Origin: Basidiobolus ranarum
Taxonomy: Eukaryota
Reading direction: 5' to 3'
Assembly (NCBI GenBank): GCA_040143965.1
Contig: JASJQH010000005.1
Coordinates: 1 to 64,000 of the forward strand
Length of the DNA: 64,000 nucleotides
Shown here: positions 1 to 16,450 of the stretch, in pieces
Layout: every line of letters starts with the position of its first letter
How positions within the stretch are numbered: the first letter of the stretch is position 1
The notes under the pieces: generated by a model
What the model was told of the DNA's origin: nothing
The model's database searches: none
What the model saw: only the letters and a program-made list of their open reading frames with translations
Translations under genes and position numbers: made by a program

Positions 1-389
1 CATGGGCCTTTTGGAGCGCCCCGGAACCGACCCAACGAGGAAGACGCTTGACAACCAACGGAGTCATGGTAAGACGACGGTAAGCATAGGCTTGACGGGA
101 GACACCAGTGGTGGGGCCATCAACAATAGCCTAAAGGAATATCATTCATTAAAACCTATTCAAGCCCATAGTGCTGTTTACTCATACATACTCTGTTGTG
201 ATCCAAAATTTCAACAATGACGGCGAGCTTTCCAGCTTCAGGACCGTGGTTGAGCAATACAACTCTACCAACTTCTACGATACGCTTGAAAGAATCTTGC
301 TATAAATAAAATGACATAAGGGTTAGTCAATGATAAAGTAGGAACGATGTATGGATCAACAGAACGAAAGGATTAACACATACAGTCAT
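1..389 (-). CDS. RPL14: 60S ribosomal protein L14 (eL14); 5' part only, runs off the window; 2 introns visible
   Basis: Hand-spliced minus-strand translation MT^[36 protein letters not shown]^[24 protein letters not shown] matches the eL14 KOW N-terminus; GTATGT..TAG introns. Confidence 0.95.
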
Positions 390-420
390 ATTTTGCTTGG
401 TGTGGACTTTTGGGGACCCA

Positions 421-436
421 AGGAGGAAAGAGGAAG
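421..436 (-). promoter_or_regulatory. Pyrimidine tract (TCT/5'TOP-like) upstream of RPL14
   Basis: CTTCCTCTTTCCTCCT on the minus strand, about 30-45 nt before the ATG; shares CTTCCTCTTT with the RPL9 upstream tract. Confidence 0.5.
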
Positions 437-818
437 CAATGTTTAAGATTGGTATCGAGTTTTGTTTGATGGTTTTTTTATTTTTGATCAATTCTCTTTT
501 CCCTTTTTTTTACTTGCGTCCACTAATCTGTAATCCCAAGTTGATTTTATATCTAGGCTCTAGAGCTAGGTTCATTGGTGGACTGAATATACCAAGAAGT
601 GGTTTAAAAAATCTTACACAGCATGTTTAAATCCATGTAATCATGTTTAAGTTGTTATTAAACTCGGGTTTGATAATCGTCACAGATGATTGGATGGGAT
701 ATTCACTGGATGATAATCACATAGAATACTCCGAACTGCTTCAGACACGAAAGTTTCAGCACCGAGTATATATATCACACTAGGAATATCCTATCTGGCC
801 AGGAATCAGTAGTTCACT

Positions 819-1328
819 ATGTTCCTCCGTATTTTAACTCTTATGCTGGTCATGACTGGTTGTATCCTAAGTAAGCCCCGCCTTGGAATGCGTTACGATG
901 CTTCACCGCCGCCTACTTGTATAGATAATGATCTGGGTCAAAATACTACGAGCGAACATAATGCATGTGATTCGATCATTGAGACATACCCAATGTATAA
1001 GCCTTGTTGCGAACAGCATCGAGAATGCTACGCTCGTTGCGCACCCGCTGGAACCAAGGAAAGTTGTGACAAAGAATTTCGATTTTGTTTGCAGCAGACT
1101 TGTGGAGCTGGAAAGCGTAAATTCGTCCGTAGTCGATGCGCAAGTGGTTGGTCATGGTATGGACCAGGTATGAACAGCCACAATGTAGCGAGTTCTTCCG
1201 ATTTCAGCTGTGCTGAATATAAAACGATACAGTCGAAGTCCTGCCCTAATATAGAGGAGCAAGCCATTGAAAGTGTAAAGAGTGGCGAGAATGTCGAAAG
1301 TGCTGAAAGTGACCCCACACTTGATTGA
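819..1328 (+). CDS. Secreted Cys-rich phospholipase A2 (group XII-like) homolog, probably non-canonical or inactive
   Basis: Hydrophobic N-terminal signal peptide; CCEQHRECYARC and KESCDKEFRFCLQQTC resemble the sPLA2 CCxxHDxCY and CDxxFxxCL motifs; single exon. Confidence 0.7.
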   Translation: MFLRILTLMLVMTGCILSKPRLGMRYDASPPPTCIDNDLGQNTTSEHNACDSIIETYPMYKPCCEQHRECYARCAPAGTKESCDKEFRFCLQQTCGAGKRKFVRSRCASGWSWYGPGMNSHNVASSSDFSCAEYKTIQSKSCPNIEEQAIESVKSGENVESAESDPTLD

Positions 1329-1965
1329 AATAGCCTGGATCGCTATTACTACTAGTGGGATAAACTACTCTAGAAATATTGGGCAATTGTGTTGGATTTT
1401 AGGCTGAATTATTAATATTTCTGTATTCGTCAGGTTGATGGGCGTTCTTCATAATCTCCTTTGCTCAGCCTTCATATTTAGCAAATGATTGGTTGGATGT
1501 TTTAGATATATATAGGATACGGTTCTTTAATAAAGTCGTTGCTTGGCTGTTGTGGCCAAACACTTACCCTCCAGTTAGAAGTTCGAGGAACTTTAAATTA
1601 CATCATCCAGTCTCACTGTCATAAAAGGCAATGACCGTGATTAGCTTACATAATTAATCCTTTTCATCGACTTGTACGATCACACTATCTCGATCCTCCA
1701 CATCTCCGTGTTTGTAACGGGCTACAGCAGCATCATAGAAAGCATGATCAGGTGCTATTTGTAATTTAACTAAAGTTGCGAATTATCCAAATATGAAGTA
1801 CATTTTAGATTGTTAGAAGCTTCGATTTATTTACAACGAAAAATGACACGAGCCAGCAAAAATCACTAGGATAAGATATACATATTGTTGACAAGAAGAT
1901 TAATGTTACATATTGGCTATGCCACTTGGAGAGGTTAAATCAAACACATTGTACGTAAAACCAGC

Positions 1966-3010
1966 TCAGCGTATTAGGCAAGTTTGATATGAATGGACGG
2001 CAACTTCTTTGTAGGAAGGCAATTTAGGTAGAGTATCACTCTCTATCTGGATCGGTGTATAAACGGGTAAACTCTCATCCTCTTGATTTTTGTGAACGAT
2101 GCCGATGTTAAAGGAGACATAACCACACTCTACCTTCCCCCCAATATCGAAGCTCACAATGATCATAGCTTCATGACTGGTTTGAATGTATTTGGTGGTG
2201 CAATCTGGTTGGAAAATATCATTTTTTGGTAAGCGAATATTAAGCAAAAACTCCTGACAATTGACCGCGCTGTTGCTAATCTCCCGCCATTGTTGAATTA
2301 ACTTGGTCGAAGTAGCTTCGGCAGCACATAGATTAACATTTTGGATCAACCTAAAAGCGACTCTACAAATGGCTGCCTTCCCAACTACTTTGATGTGGAA
2401 CGGTACCGTCTCTCCAAGAACATAGCTTCTTTTTGGTATCTGAATATTTACGCTGGCTACATCTTTGTAAACTTGATTTACACTATATGAGTCATCAATG
2501 ATATCTGTATCATTGGGATTCGGGAACCTTTTCACGACAATAGCCTTTTTAACACGGATATCTCGGAGAATATAGGGGCGTTCAATAATCGCTTTGATGC
2601 AGTAATTGACTTGACCAAAATGAGTCCACACAGTCTCAGGAAGATGTCCAGGAAAACGAAACTCGAACTCGAATGCACTTTGTCCGACAGGGAGGACATA
2701 TGTTGAGTTAGGTTCAATTATTGTTAGCGTATTGTTAACCACAGTGTCGTCAACTATGCGGGTTTGTACTATGGTTAAGATTGGTATTAGTTGAGGTTCA
2801 ATATTTACTAAGGATCTAGAAGTACCTACCTGTTCCCCAAGAAACCTGCACTTTACCCTCAAGCTTTAGTTGGATTGACTTGACTTTGGTTTCCTTCTTT
2901 ACATCCAAGATGAGTGTGCCTCTGAGAGCAGCACCAGCAGCATCAATAGGACTTCCATACAATAATACTACTGGCTTCTCCAAAGCAATTTCACAATCTG
3001 TAGGCTTCAT
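1966..3010 (-). CDS. Alpha-arrestin (arrestin-related trafficking adaptor), 2 exons
   Basis: LRGTLILDVKKETKVKSIQLKLEG; FEFEFRFPGHLPETV..GQVNYCIKAIIERP; C-terminal LPVY and LPSY PY motifs; intron about 2754-2829. Confidence 0.9.
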
Positions 3011-4086
3011 TATTCGAGATGAATATAAATTATAGTAAGATGTTTTTTTCGGACGCACCTGAATACTTATATATGTTATTGTGAGCGCGAGAGTGGGCGT
3101 GAATGGTTCGGTTAAATGCATCTTGCCAAATCGAAATCTGTCTCACCATGCTGCTGTCACTGTCATTGCCACTGCCACTACCAAATTCAATTAACCTCCA
3201 CCAGATTGGCAAGTTAATGGGCCAATGCCCAAACTAGCACTACCAACCTCAACGAGTGTGAATGTGTGGTAGCGTGGATTAGGTTTATGAGATATATAAG
3301 CTGTGGCGGGTTAAGTGATTTCCAGATAAACTTTCGTGCCAGAAATGTTCAGATAATGGACATATGTAGCAACTGTCTGATTAAATATATTTTGTTCTTA
3401 GATGAGCTAGATAGATACCACATGCACGTGCAACCGTTAACCTCACCACAATATTCAAATTTGAAACCCATTTCCTGTTTCAGCGAACAAGGTAAGGTAA
3501 TTCTAATTCCCGAATCGAAGCTTTAAAGTGTCTCTCACTTTGACAATTGGGAAAAGGTTTCTTCCTTTGGACTGCTTAAAGTAGTGTTGAAGTGTAAACA
3601 ATAAGTCTTTTCTAAATTGGATTGATACCTTGTCTTTTTTCTCACGTCAACTGGGACTTCAAAGAGATAACCATCTTATAAGCTTCATCGTGACAATGAC
3701 CAAATTCTACTGTTTGAAAACATTCATTCTAGTCTATTCGTTCACCTTTTTTGGTGCTGAGTTCCATATATGGCACTTGCTTGCATATTTCTAGTTGTTT
3801 TAGTGGGTGTGGGTTATCTATAGGCTTGATATGTCATTTGTCTATATAGGTACTTGGAGTTGTAATAAAAATTTGTCTGAAAGACAATTCAATCTCAACT
3901 AAAGGATTCCGAATACCTCCGATCCCATCACGCAGTAAATTATTCAAGATTAGTTAACTTTAATCAACTAACGCGACTTCCTCACAGGTAAGATAAATCT
4001 GAGATTAAACACTCATGTCTCTTGTCTGTTCTAGCCTTTCACCTCCAAAATAAACGTCTTTGTATAGAGTAGATCAAGTGTACAAA

Positions 4087-6553
4087 ATGTCAGATTATAA
4101 CAAATTCAAACTCCCCACCAAAAACACCCAAAAACCTCGACCTAGACGTAGAATATTTTCGAATCCTAATGATGAATTCCAACTCAAACCTGAAGAAAGA
4201 ACCTCAATTAAAAATCAGTTTCTTTCGGAATTTAATACTACTTCACCACAGTCACTTGGAACTAGCAATGATATAGGTAATTCTTAAACTTCGAAAATAG
4301 TGCTAAAAGGGATTGATACCTTTAGTTTTTTACTGGACAACGTAAACATTTCTATGCTAACTTGAATACAACCATTCATCCAACTTGCCAATCTAGATAA
4401 CTTCAACGCCGAGTTTGATCCTCCTACAAGTGAGTTGAATGAAGCGTACAACTTAGATCATTCCCCTACGAAACTTCCAGGTTTCCCTTCTAAAAACGCC
4501 GTTAGCTTCAATACTTTTATTCGACGTGAACCATATCAACCTAGAAATGTTCCAATCGCAAAAGATACAAATAATAATGTCGATTCTCAAAATATTCAAG
4601 TAAATCACATTGATCGGGACAAAGAACAAACACTCTCAGAAGAATACTCGCTTAGTAGGAAAATAACTAGTGATGGTATTGATGTTTACCTTCTCGTTCA
4701 ATTATCATCATGTTTTTACAATTTTCCTCTTAAAATTTCAGAGTTGAGGCACCCCCTTCGCTTTAATCTTGATGGTATCCCATCTAAAAACAATAATCAC
4801 GAAGAGCAATGTACATCAGGTATTTGGTCTTTTAGTAATAAGGAGTCTCATTCAACATACTCGTGTATGAATAAATTTTCATTGGACTTAGTAAACCATC
4901 AATTCACCAAATCCAATGCGTTTGGTAATCGATTTATCTTCGGCTCTTCCAAGAATGATAGACCTGGAGAGAACTGGATGAGTTTATCAGATGGTATATA
5001 TATATGTGCTTTATCCGTATCACACATCAGTATGGTATTAATAGGAATTACTCATTGATTAGACCCGTCGGTATATCCTTTTTTGAATAAGAGAACCCCT
5101 TTTGGACACAGGGCAAGCACGAGTGAACCATTACATATTTCTGATGCTAACGTCAGTCCAGCATCGAAGTATCGATTCAATATAAAGCAAGCAACTGAGA
5201 ACGAATCGTCCCATTTATTCAAGGTATCTAAATGCCGTTAGCGTTAAGTTTGATTAGCTGAGCTGATATTCAGCATAAACTATTAGGAGGAAATCGAAGA
5301 TTTTGTTGATAACTCGCAGGTACGCGTATACCTCCAAGCTCTAGCAACATTGTATCTAGCAATCTGTTTGTCAGATGTTTGACTATCCTTTTCTATCTTT
5401 AGTCAAAATATTCGGGAGATGCGGGTACTTCTCGTGTTGCCGAGACTGATGACATGATTGATGTTACTGATAATGTATATTCCTGCTTTGAATGGATTTT
5501 TTCGTGAAAACCTCTAGAATTGAACATGGCTATGGTTATTTAGATTTCCCTAGAGTACCCAACACATACAGATTCAGCTAATATGCAAGAGCTAAATCAT
5601 CGGATTTATCCAGGAGTATCATCGCGAATCACGGGTAATGATTTGACTTGTACTACCAATAATGGCTCACCTCAAAAAGCGAACGAGCCAGATATTCGTA
5701 ATGCTGGTATCTCGATTATGGAATTGGCACAAAACCCCAATTTCAAAATGAACCCTACACGATCTACCGACATGCCACTAGTTAGCCCAATGCAATGGCT
5801 CAGTGGGGTTAAAATACCAGTTGGTGCGAGTAACGACTCCGTGGATCATCAAGGATCCTCTGCATCACGACAGCGTAAACATATGCTGAGGTAAAATGAG
5901 ACATCAGAACATTTCAAAGACTAAGCAATAACAATACTCAACCTATTGTTTGCATGTAGAGGAGGCTTAGAAGAGCGTCTAGCAAATCTTATCCCTCGTG
6001 AAAAATCTGATCATACTATGTGGGCGCACGGGTTACGTCGAGAAGGTATTACTATTTATTTTGTAGTTCGACGGTTGACTTTTAGCTGCATTGGTTAAAA
6101 CTCATTTTTTGGTATGTAGACTATTCTATACCTACGATACGCCACCCGTCGTTTTTCCTTGAAGTATACCATGTGAAAGAGGCCTACGGGACGACCATCT
6201 GCCGGTGTAGACAGCTTCCCTTTGATGCCAACGATGAAAAAACCATGCACTTTAACCTGCCACCATTGGAAGACGAATTTATCGATATTCTACTCTCATT
6301 AGAGTTCGACTCTAGTCATCGTATCCACTCAGCGAATACACCAAACTTGGCAGAACACTTCATCAATGTTGGTGATCTAGTGAAGGTATACAAACCATAT
6401 CAAGAATTTGACTTTGACTCATCAAGTACAATTGACGAGTGGGAAATACCACGGAAGGGGTTGATTGTTACGCGATTTGTGATTTCAACTGAAAGAGGAT
6501 TCGGCAACTCCGATATGTCAGATTTCTTTAGAGATAAAAATAAAGCAGCTTAA
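4087..6553 (+). CDS. Multi-exon protein with a low-complexity N-terminus and a SPIDR-like C-terminal region
   Basis: Chain of ORFs joined by GT-AG introns; spliced KHMLR^GGLEERLANLIPREKSDHTMWAH...FFLEVYHVKEAYGTTICRCRQL...GDLVKVYKPYQ; exon boundaries approximate. Confidence 0.55.
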
Positions 6554-7277
6554 AGTTATTTATAGATAGCCAGGTTCTTGAAGCACCTTCCATTTGTGCT
6601 GATACTGGTACTGGTACTATTACATCCTATACATCCATATTATAGATACATCGACTTTACCTGACTGCAAAGTGGCTACATTTGAAACTAGCATCAACAG
6701 GTTTTCCGACCAAGTTTTCGCCGCTTGTACTGGCAATAAATCCCAGCTAAATGTGGAAATAACTGATTGGAGTCCAAGAGCTTAATTAATGCATCTTACC
6801 CTAACCCAAACAGTCTTAACCTTCACTAATACTCCATGGTGATGAGCAATGAACAGAATGTAGTTACACTGGGAAACGTGGAAGCTAATGAGTGATCATA
6901 TAAATGAGTGATTGGTAATACCTGTGCTTGAATTTACTACTTCCCTCCAACTAAATGGTGTTCCATAATAATCGCGGTCTCACTTAAGCATTGCAAATCG
7001 CACAATTAAATAAATTGCCTAATCTAAGCTGTTCCATATTTCACAGTAATATTGCTTTAGATCTAGATTAGGTTGGTCATGATCTACTTGAGGCCAATTG
7101 AAAATTAGCAACATAACAGTACCACGCCAACTAAATCAGTTTCACATGTCTAGTTTATTCCAGGTCAGGAAAATTTTTCTTGGAAATACCTTTTGCAGTC
7201 TTAATGTTATAAGCCATCACATATAGCACTAGCGCTCCTTTGCAATTTCTCTGTCAATTTTTAGTAAGATATCAGAA

Positions 7278-8859
7278 ATGTTCCAATTTAGAAGACCCGC
7301 GAATTACGTATCGGAAGAAGCATTGAATAACTTACGCTTCTACAAATATGCAGCTGAAGATAAATCTTATATTAGTCAGTATATTCTTCGACATTACTGG
7401 AATTATGTTGTCGAGTTATTTCCAATGTGGATGGCGTTAGTACTCTTGTTTTGGTTATCTATAGTCAACACTCGACAGATTTCCTAACACTCTTTTCATT
7501 AGTCCAAACCTAATAACCCTATGTGGTCTGGGTTTTGTCGTTATCAATCTTATATGTGTACTGATCTATACTCCTGATCTTGAAACCCCTGCTCCTTCTT
7601 GGGTTTATTTCAGGTACAATTCGATTGTAGACCTGTCATTCTTCTAGTCTTCTAATATTTCATTTATATCGTCTAGTTTTGCTATCGGAATATGGCTTTA
7701 CTCTACCTTTGATAATGTCGATGGTAAACAAGCACGCCGAACTGGTACATCTTCTCCATTGGGAGAACTTTTTGATCATGGTTGTGATGCTTTGAATTGC
7801 TCAATTGGTGGAATTGTGCAAGCTGCCGGCATGGGTCTTGGATACAGCTGGTACACCGTCCTCATCACTGCCATGAGTATGCTTCGTAATGCCTCTATTT
7901 TTAGTTTAACAGTAATTAATACAACCCAATTTTAGCCACCATTCCTTTCTATCTTTCTACATGGGAAGAGTATCACACTGGGGTCTTGTATCTTGGTGTG
8001 ATTAATGGACCTACCGAGGGTCTCATCGTCTCCTGCCTTACTATGATTTTGACAGGAATTTATGGTATGAAATCAGTAGCTCTTCATTTGAAAACGAAGA
8101 TTAACATTCTCCAACAGGACCGCAAATGTGGAGAACCCCAATATACGATATTTTGGGAAGCTTAACTCCTTCCTTCGTTCCAGAGAGTGCCATTCTTCTC
8201 GATGCTGTCTTCTTATTGATGTATGGTTTATTGTTTTTTGCCATTAGCCCAGCCAGGTAAGCAATTTAGTACGAGATAGTTTTTTCACCGAACATATTGT
8301 TGATAATTCATATCCATAGCTTCATTGCTGTTTACAATACCTGCCAGACAAAGTTCGAGAAGTATACCACTGCCTTAATTCAACTGCTTCCAATGAGTAT
8401 ATACCTCATTAGCACCTATTTATGGCTTGCATCACCCTATTCGTCCATACTCGAGAATCACTTGATTCTTTTCATCTTGACAATAGGAATTGTCTTTGGA
8501 CGTATGGCCACCAAGATTATCTTAGCTCATGTCACCAAGAGCAGATTCCCTATGTTTACTGTGCTAATAGCGCCTATTATCGGTGGAGCACTTCTAACCA
8601 ATATCCCATATGTCATCGGAATGTAAGTCTAATATCGTATCTCCGAACATCTCTAAGACATTTGCTTATCACATTCCATTTCACGAATTCTAGGGGACCG
8701 ATTCTCAGCCCTACAGCCGAACTTTGGTACTTGATTGCGTTCTTCATCTTCTCCACTGTTGTGTACTTCCATTGGGCTCTATTGGTCATCAACAGCTTCT
8801 GCACCTATCTTGGAATCAGCTGCTTAACCATTCCCGGAAGGTCCTACAACAGACTGTAA
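7278..8859 (+). CDS. EPT1: Choline/ethanolamine phosphotransferase (CDP-alcohol phosphatidyltransferase, CPT1/EPT1 family), multi-exon
   Basis: [26 protein letters not shown] signature at about 7711-7788; N-terminal YKY..EDKS..YIL..YW..PMWMAPNLITL; multiple TM segments. Confidence 0.93.
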
Positions 8860-9426
8860 TAGTAGAGAGACTCAACTACACAACTACATCCCCCAAAGGA
8901 TGTTGTACCACCAAAAGCCTGGCGATATTTATTTTTAGATCCATACACTTTTAAACTTTCATCCATACATTCATTTGATTATCATTTATTTCCGTACCTA
9001 TCTCATCTTGGTGAAATGAAGTTGAAATTTTGAACTATTTTGCCGCTTTATTATGATCGTTGATTGACAGTTCAATCTGTCATTATGTCCATGGATACAT
9101 TCCAAGAAATTCAATCACAGCATCATGTTGCTCGTGAAAATCTTATTAAGCTGGGTGAACATCCTTAAATTAGTTACCGATTTGAATTGTTTTAAATGCC
9201 ATCCATAATTATCATAAATGTTTGCTATTTACACTTCGCATGCTTGGAATCTTTTTTTTAAGTCAATTTTTTTTTGCTTTTTTTTCTTTCCAACTAGTCA
9301 ATTGAAGAGGACTAATCGCACTTTGTTGTACATTATATCGATTGTTGGAATTGAGACAGTAGACGGTTTAATTATATAATTTTACAATTTCTTACACGAG
9401 AAAAATACCACTTCTTTTAATACAAC

Positions 9427-10028
9427 ATGGTAAATCCTTTGGAAAATCTAACCAGTACCAATACTTGCGGTTCCCTAATTTTCTGTAAAGAATGTGGTAA
9501 CCTTTTGGATATGTTGGGTGATAACGACATTATTGTATGCGGAATGTGTGGACTTACACAGAAAACCGATGGTAGAGTTATTTTACTTTTGCTTTTCTTG
9601 GTAAACAAAGTTTTCTTACGAACCATGGGTGTTTTTTTTGTTAGCCTTCGGTGATTTTGAAGTTATCACCCGTAGTAGTGAACACGCTTTCCCTTCAGCT
9701 TTGAAAAATAAGCGCTCTTTAGTTCAACAACAGCCCAAGAAACGTGAAGCTGCCGCTACGGTAAGTTTCAACTTCCGTTTGATGATATTGTTGATAAGAG
9801 CCCATGTTTAACCTCCCCTTTTCTCTTTAGATTAAAGAAAAGTGTCCCAAGTGTGGAGCACCGGAAATGTCCTTCCATACTATGCAACTTCGTTCGGCTG
9901 ATGAAGGACAGACTGTCTTCTATAACTGTACGAAATGCGGGTATGTATAGTTGACTTTTTTCTGGGTTCAAGACATATACTAATGTTTTCTTTATTTCTA
10001 TAGTTATAAATACTCTATCAACAGTTAA
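9427..10028 (+). CDS. RPA12: RNA polymerase I subunit A12.2, 4 exons
   Basis: Two Zn ribbons: [15 protein letters not shown] and [35 protein letters not shown]. Confidence 0.95.
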
Positions 10029-10409
10029 ACATTCCCCGCTACTCACAAAGTTACCAAACCTCTTGAATTTACCTACTTTTTATTTATCTTGAGGTGTGTA
10101 ATTTATGTATGCACACGGTTACCTCACTCCATTAGATGGCTTCATATTGATTGCAGTGTATAGACTAAGTAAGGTATCAAAATAAACGTTCAATATATGT
10201 GATCTGAATTCTCTACATCTTTTGGTGTTTGTATTTATTCAAATCTAATCAGTCATGAATTTCTAATATAATGTACGTTGTTACAGTTACAATAAATGGA
10301 ACTTGAGGTGATATCTCTGTATTATAAAGCAATTAAAAGTAAATTAGACCACTTGATACAGAGAGTCGGAGTTGTTGGAGAGTTGAGAGAAGACTGTGAA
10401 CAGAGGAAT

Positions 10410-11248
10410 TTACTGCTTGGATTTCTTCTTGGTGCTCTTCTCTTTCTTAGCTTTCTTGGATTTCAGTGGGGTTTCAGGTACGCTCTCCACACTAGAGATA
10501 TCTCTTTTATCTCCTATAAAATAGTCAACACGCTATTTTAGAAAGTGCTGTTGATTCCTGGTTTAATGAATCTTCATACCTGTATCAAAACCATAGGGTT
10601 TGAAGCGCATCTTGAGTCCCTCTGGGTGTTCACGAGGAACATATTCGCGATCACGAATGGTAGTGGCCACCTCAGTAGAATCGGGTATGTCCACTTTTTG
10701 AACAAGATTCAACTTACGAGTGAATTTAGCAGGAGCTAATGGAATCGTTCAGTTTTAAGTTTCGTGTTTAGTTTGAAAAGAAATACATACCACTGCTATA
10801 ACTATTTCCTTTGGAATTGTTTGGTAATAAACAATACATAGCGTCCATTTCTTGACCACCTCTTGAGTTAACCTTTTCGTTTTCTTCAAGAGTTTCAAAA
10901 AGTTCGTATTCCTGTTCGGAGGAACCCTTTAAGCTAGCGATCTTTTTGCTCTTTCCTTCAGGAAGCTTGATCTTTAAGCCATTTAACTGTTCGGTAGTAA
11001 TCTTGACTAAAGGTTAATACAAACGTCACCGAATATCTTAAGGCTTTCTGGGGTTAACTTACTTCAACAGGAACCCGAATCAACCATAATTCTTTACTCT
11101 CGTCCAATTCCGATACTTGAAAGTGGGATTCTTTGTTAAAGTTTGCCAAAGTGAACTCTTCAGGAGGTTGGAAATCCCTAATTGATATGAGTTGGTTAAT
11201 ATCTAAGCTTCATTTTCAAATATACAAGTAACAATAAAACGCTTACAT
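10410..11248 (-). CDS. RPA34: RNA polymerase I subunit A34.5-like, multi-exon
   Basis: Spliced MDFQPPEEF...KELWLIRVP...PREHPEGLKMRFKPYGFDT plus Lys-rich tail KSKKAKKEKSTKKKSKQ. Confidence 0.8.
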
Positions 11249-11789
11249 ATTGTGAAAGTGAAGTTTACTATTATTTCTCTACTTGAACTTTAAAAATAAT
11301 TCCAACACACACTACCTAGAATTTTGAAAAGTTTCGAAAATATCCTGGAATCCCTGTTCTTACTTCTCATATTTTTTTCTTTTCATCATTTTTTTGTTTC
11401 ATCTTGAATGTTTATCTTGCTCATCTTTGATTAAATCCTTTTTTTTCTTTCCCCCTTTTTCGAATCCCATATATATGTATATATATTATAACAATACTCT
11501 TAAATTGGAATTTTATTGATCTCCCCACCGATGGCCAATAAGAAAGTGGAATAGTCTAAAGGTTTGGTACAAAGAAAATGGCTGGTTAAAGTATGCATGC
11601 ATGGGATTTCTTCGGCGGGAAGATCAGGAAGTATAATGTGCAGACCAGATGAGGCAGAAATCACCAATGAAAATATGTATCAATCGAATGGAAGTCAAGT
11701 TTGATAAGGTTACAAAAAAATGGGTTGAATGAAGGGAGATATAGAGGGGTGGATTATGTAATCGGCACTCATTGGAAGACGAGACACGC

Positions 11790-13818
<2,029 letters not shown>

Positions 13819-14788
13819 TTAATACAGTATGTGCTTAACTATATTGAGGATAATTGGGCTCAAAGTAAACAAAGGTAAAGCAGTGGAAAGGCTTACTTTC
13901 TCTGAATAGGTGATTGGTTTTGTCCAGAGGTAATAATTAAGGGGGTGACATTTTGGATCCTTTTACGCTGTGAAGCAGCAAGTCTCTTTGCTGAGACAAC
14001 GGCTAATATTGAAAATTTGAATAATGCTCAGTTTAGGTGTGTGCTAAGTATATCAATAATTCGTAGTACCTTGAGTAGACATCACTTGAGTTTACTCTAT
14101 TCTAAAGTAATTCCAGTCCGAAAACAAAGTGAAATTAATAAATAAATGGGGAGAAATATATTATAGAGAGGTGGGATCGGAGTTTCTTGGACTTTGTATT
14201 CAGTTATATAGGAAGGTAGACGAGGAAGAGTGGGCGGGGATAGTTTTTTGAGAATAGTCACCTATAGATTCTCAAAATTACTTTGATTCTAATTATTTGA
14301 GCAGAATAGATACAATAATAGAAATTGTCACTCCGTGGCTGATACTAACAATTTTGATCTCTAATATTAACACGCGTCTCTATTTATTGTTTCTTCCCTT
14401 CAGTTGACGTTTTGCATGGTCGATATATCGTAATATCTGTAACATTCCAACACCCTCAACATCCGTGATTATACTCACGATTATACTTTCAGTACATGAA
14501 CTAACCAAACATGCTTGGTGCAATGGTTTGAGAATATTCCATAACAATCTGCTCCATAATAGCTTAGTGACTTGAATATTCGAAAATTCGGTAAGAATCA
14601 TCTTACAACATACAATGCCAGTTAAGAGTTTCAAGTTCTCTGGATTTGTCCAGATCCTGCAGATGTGAAAACCAAAGATAGACTATTCAAGTAGGAAAAA
14701 AAGGGAAAATTCGGTTTCAAAAAAAAAATATTGGAAAAATTATAAAGTCATACCAGTAGTTGCATACGAATCTTGATATCATAGTTAA

Positions 14789-16118
<1,330 letters not shown>

Positions 16119-16450
16119 TGGCTTATTTACTTTGTTGACTGTTCCAAGCGAATAACCCATTATGCTTGTAAAAACGTGATGTGTTGATCGTCTTGGAGCA
16201 TTCTCTTCAACCTACTGTATTAATTGTAAATAAACATCCTACCCCTTCGATAAAACTTGACCCAAGTATTATAAGAATCTTATTGAACTCGTACGAAAGC
16301 TTTTTGTCAAATTCTGATCGAGAATTAATTTCGATTCATCGATTTCATCACGTATGATCAGTAACTAAGGTAAAGACTGATTTGATAAATTGCATTTACT
16401 TAACTGTTTGAGTGTTTATAACAGCGTTACGTTTTTGCTGTCTTCAAAGA

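Noticed and set aside
14380-14634. 84-aa minus-strand ORF between SRPK and WDR5
   Set aside because: Non-ATG start, lies in a divergent promoter, no motifs
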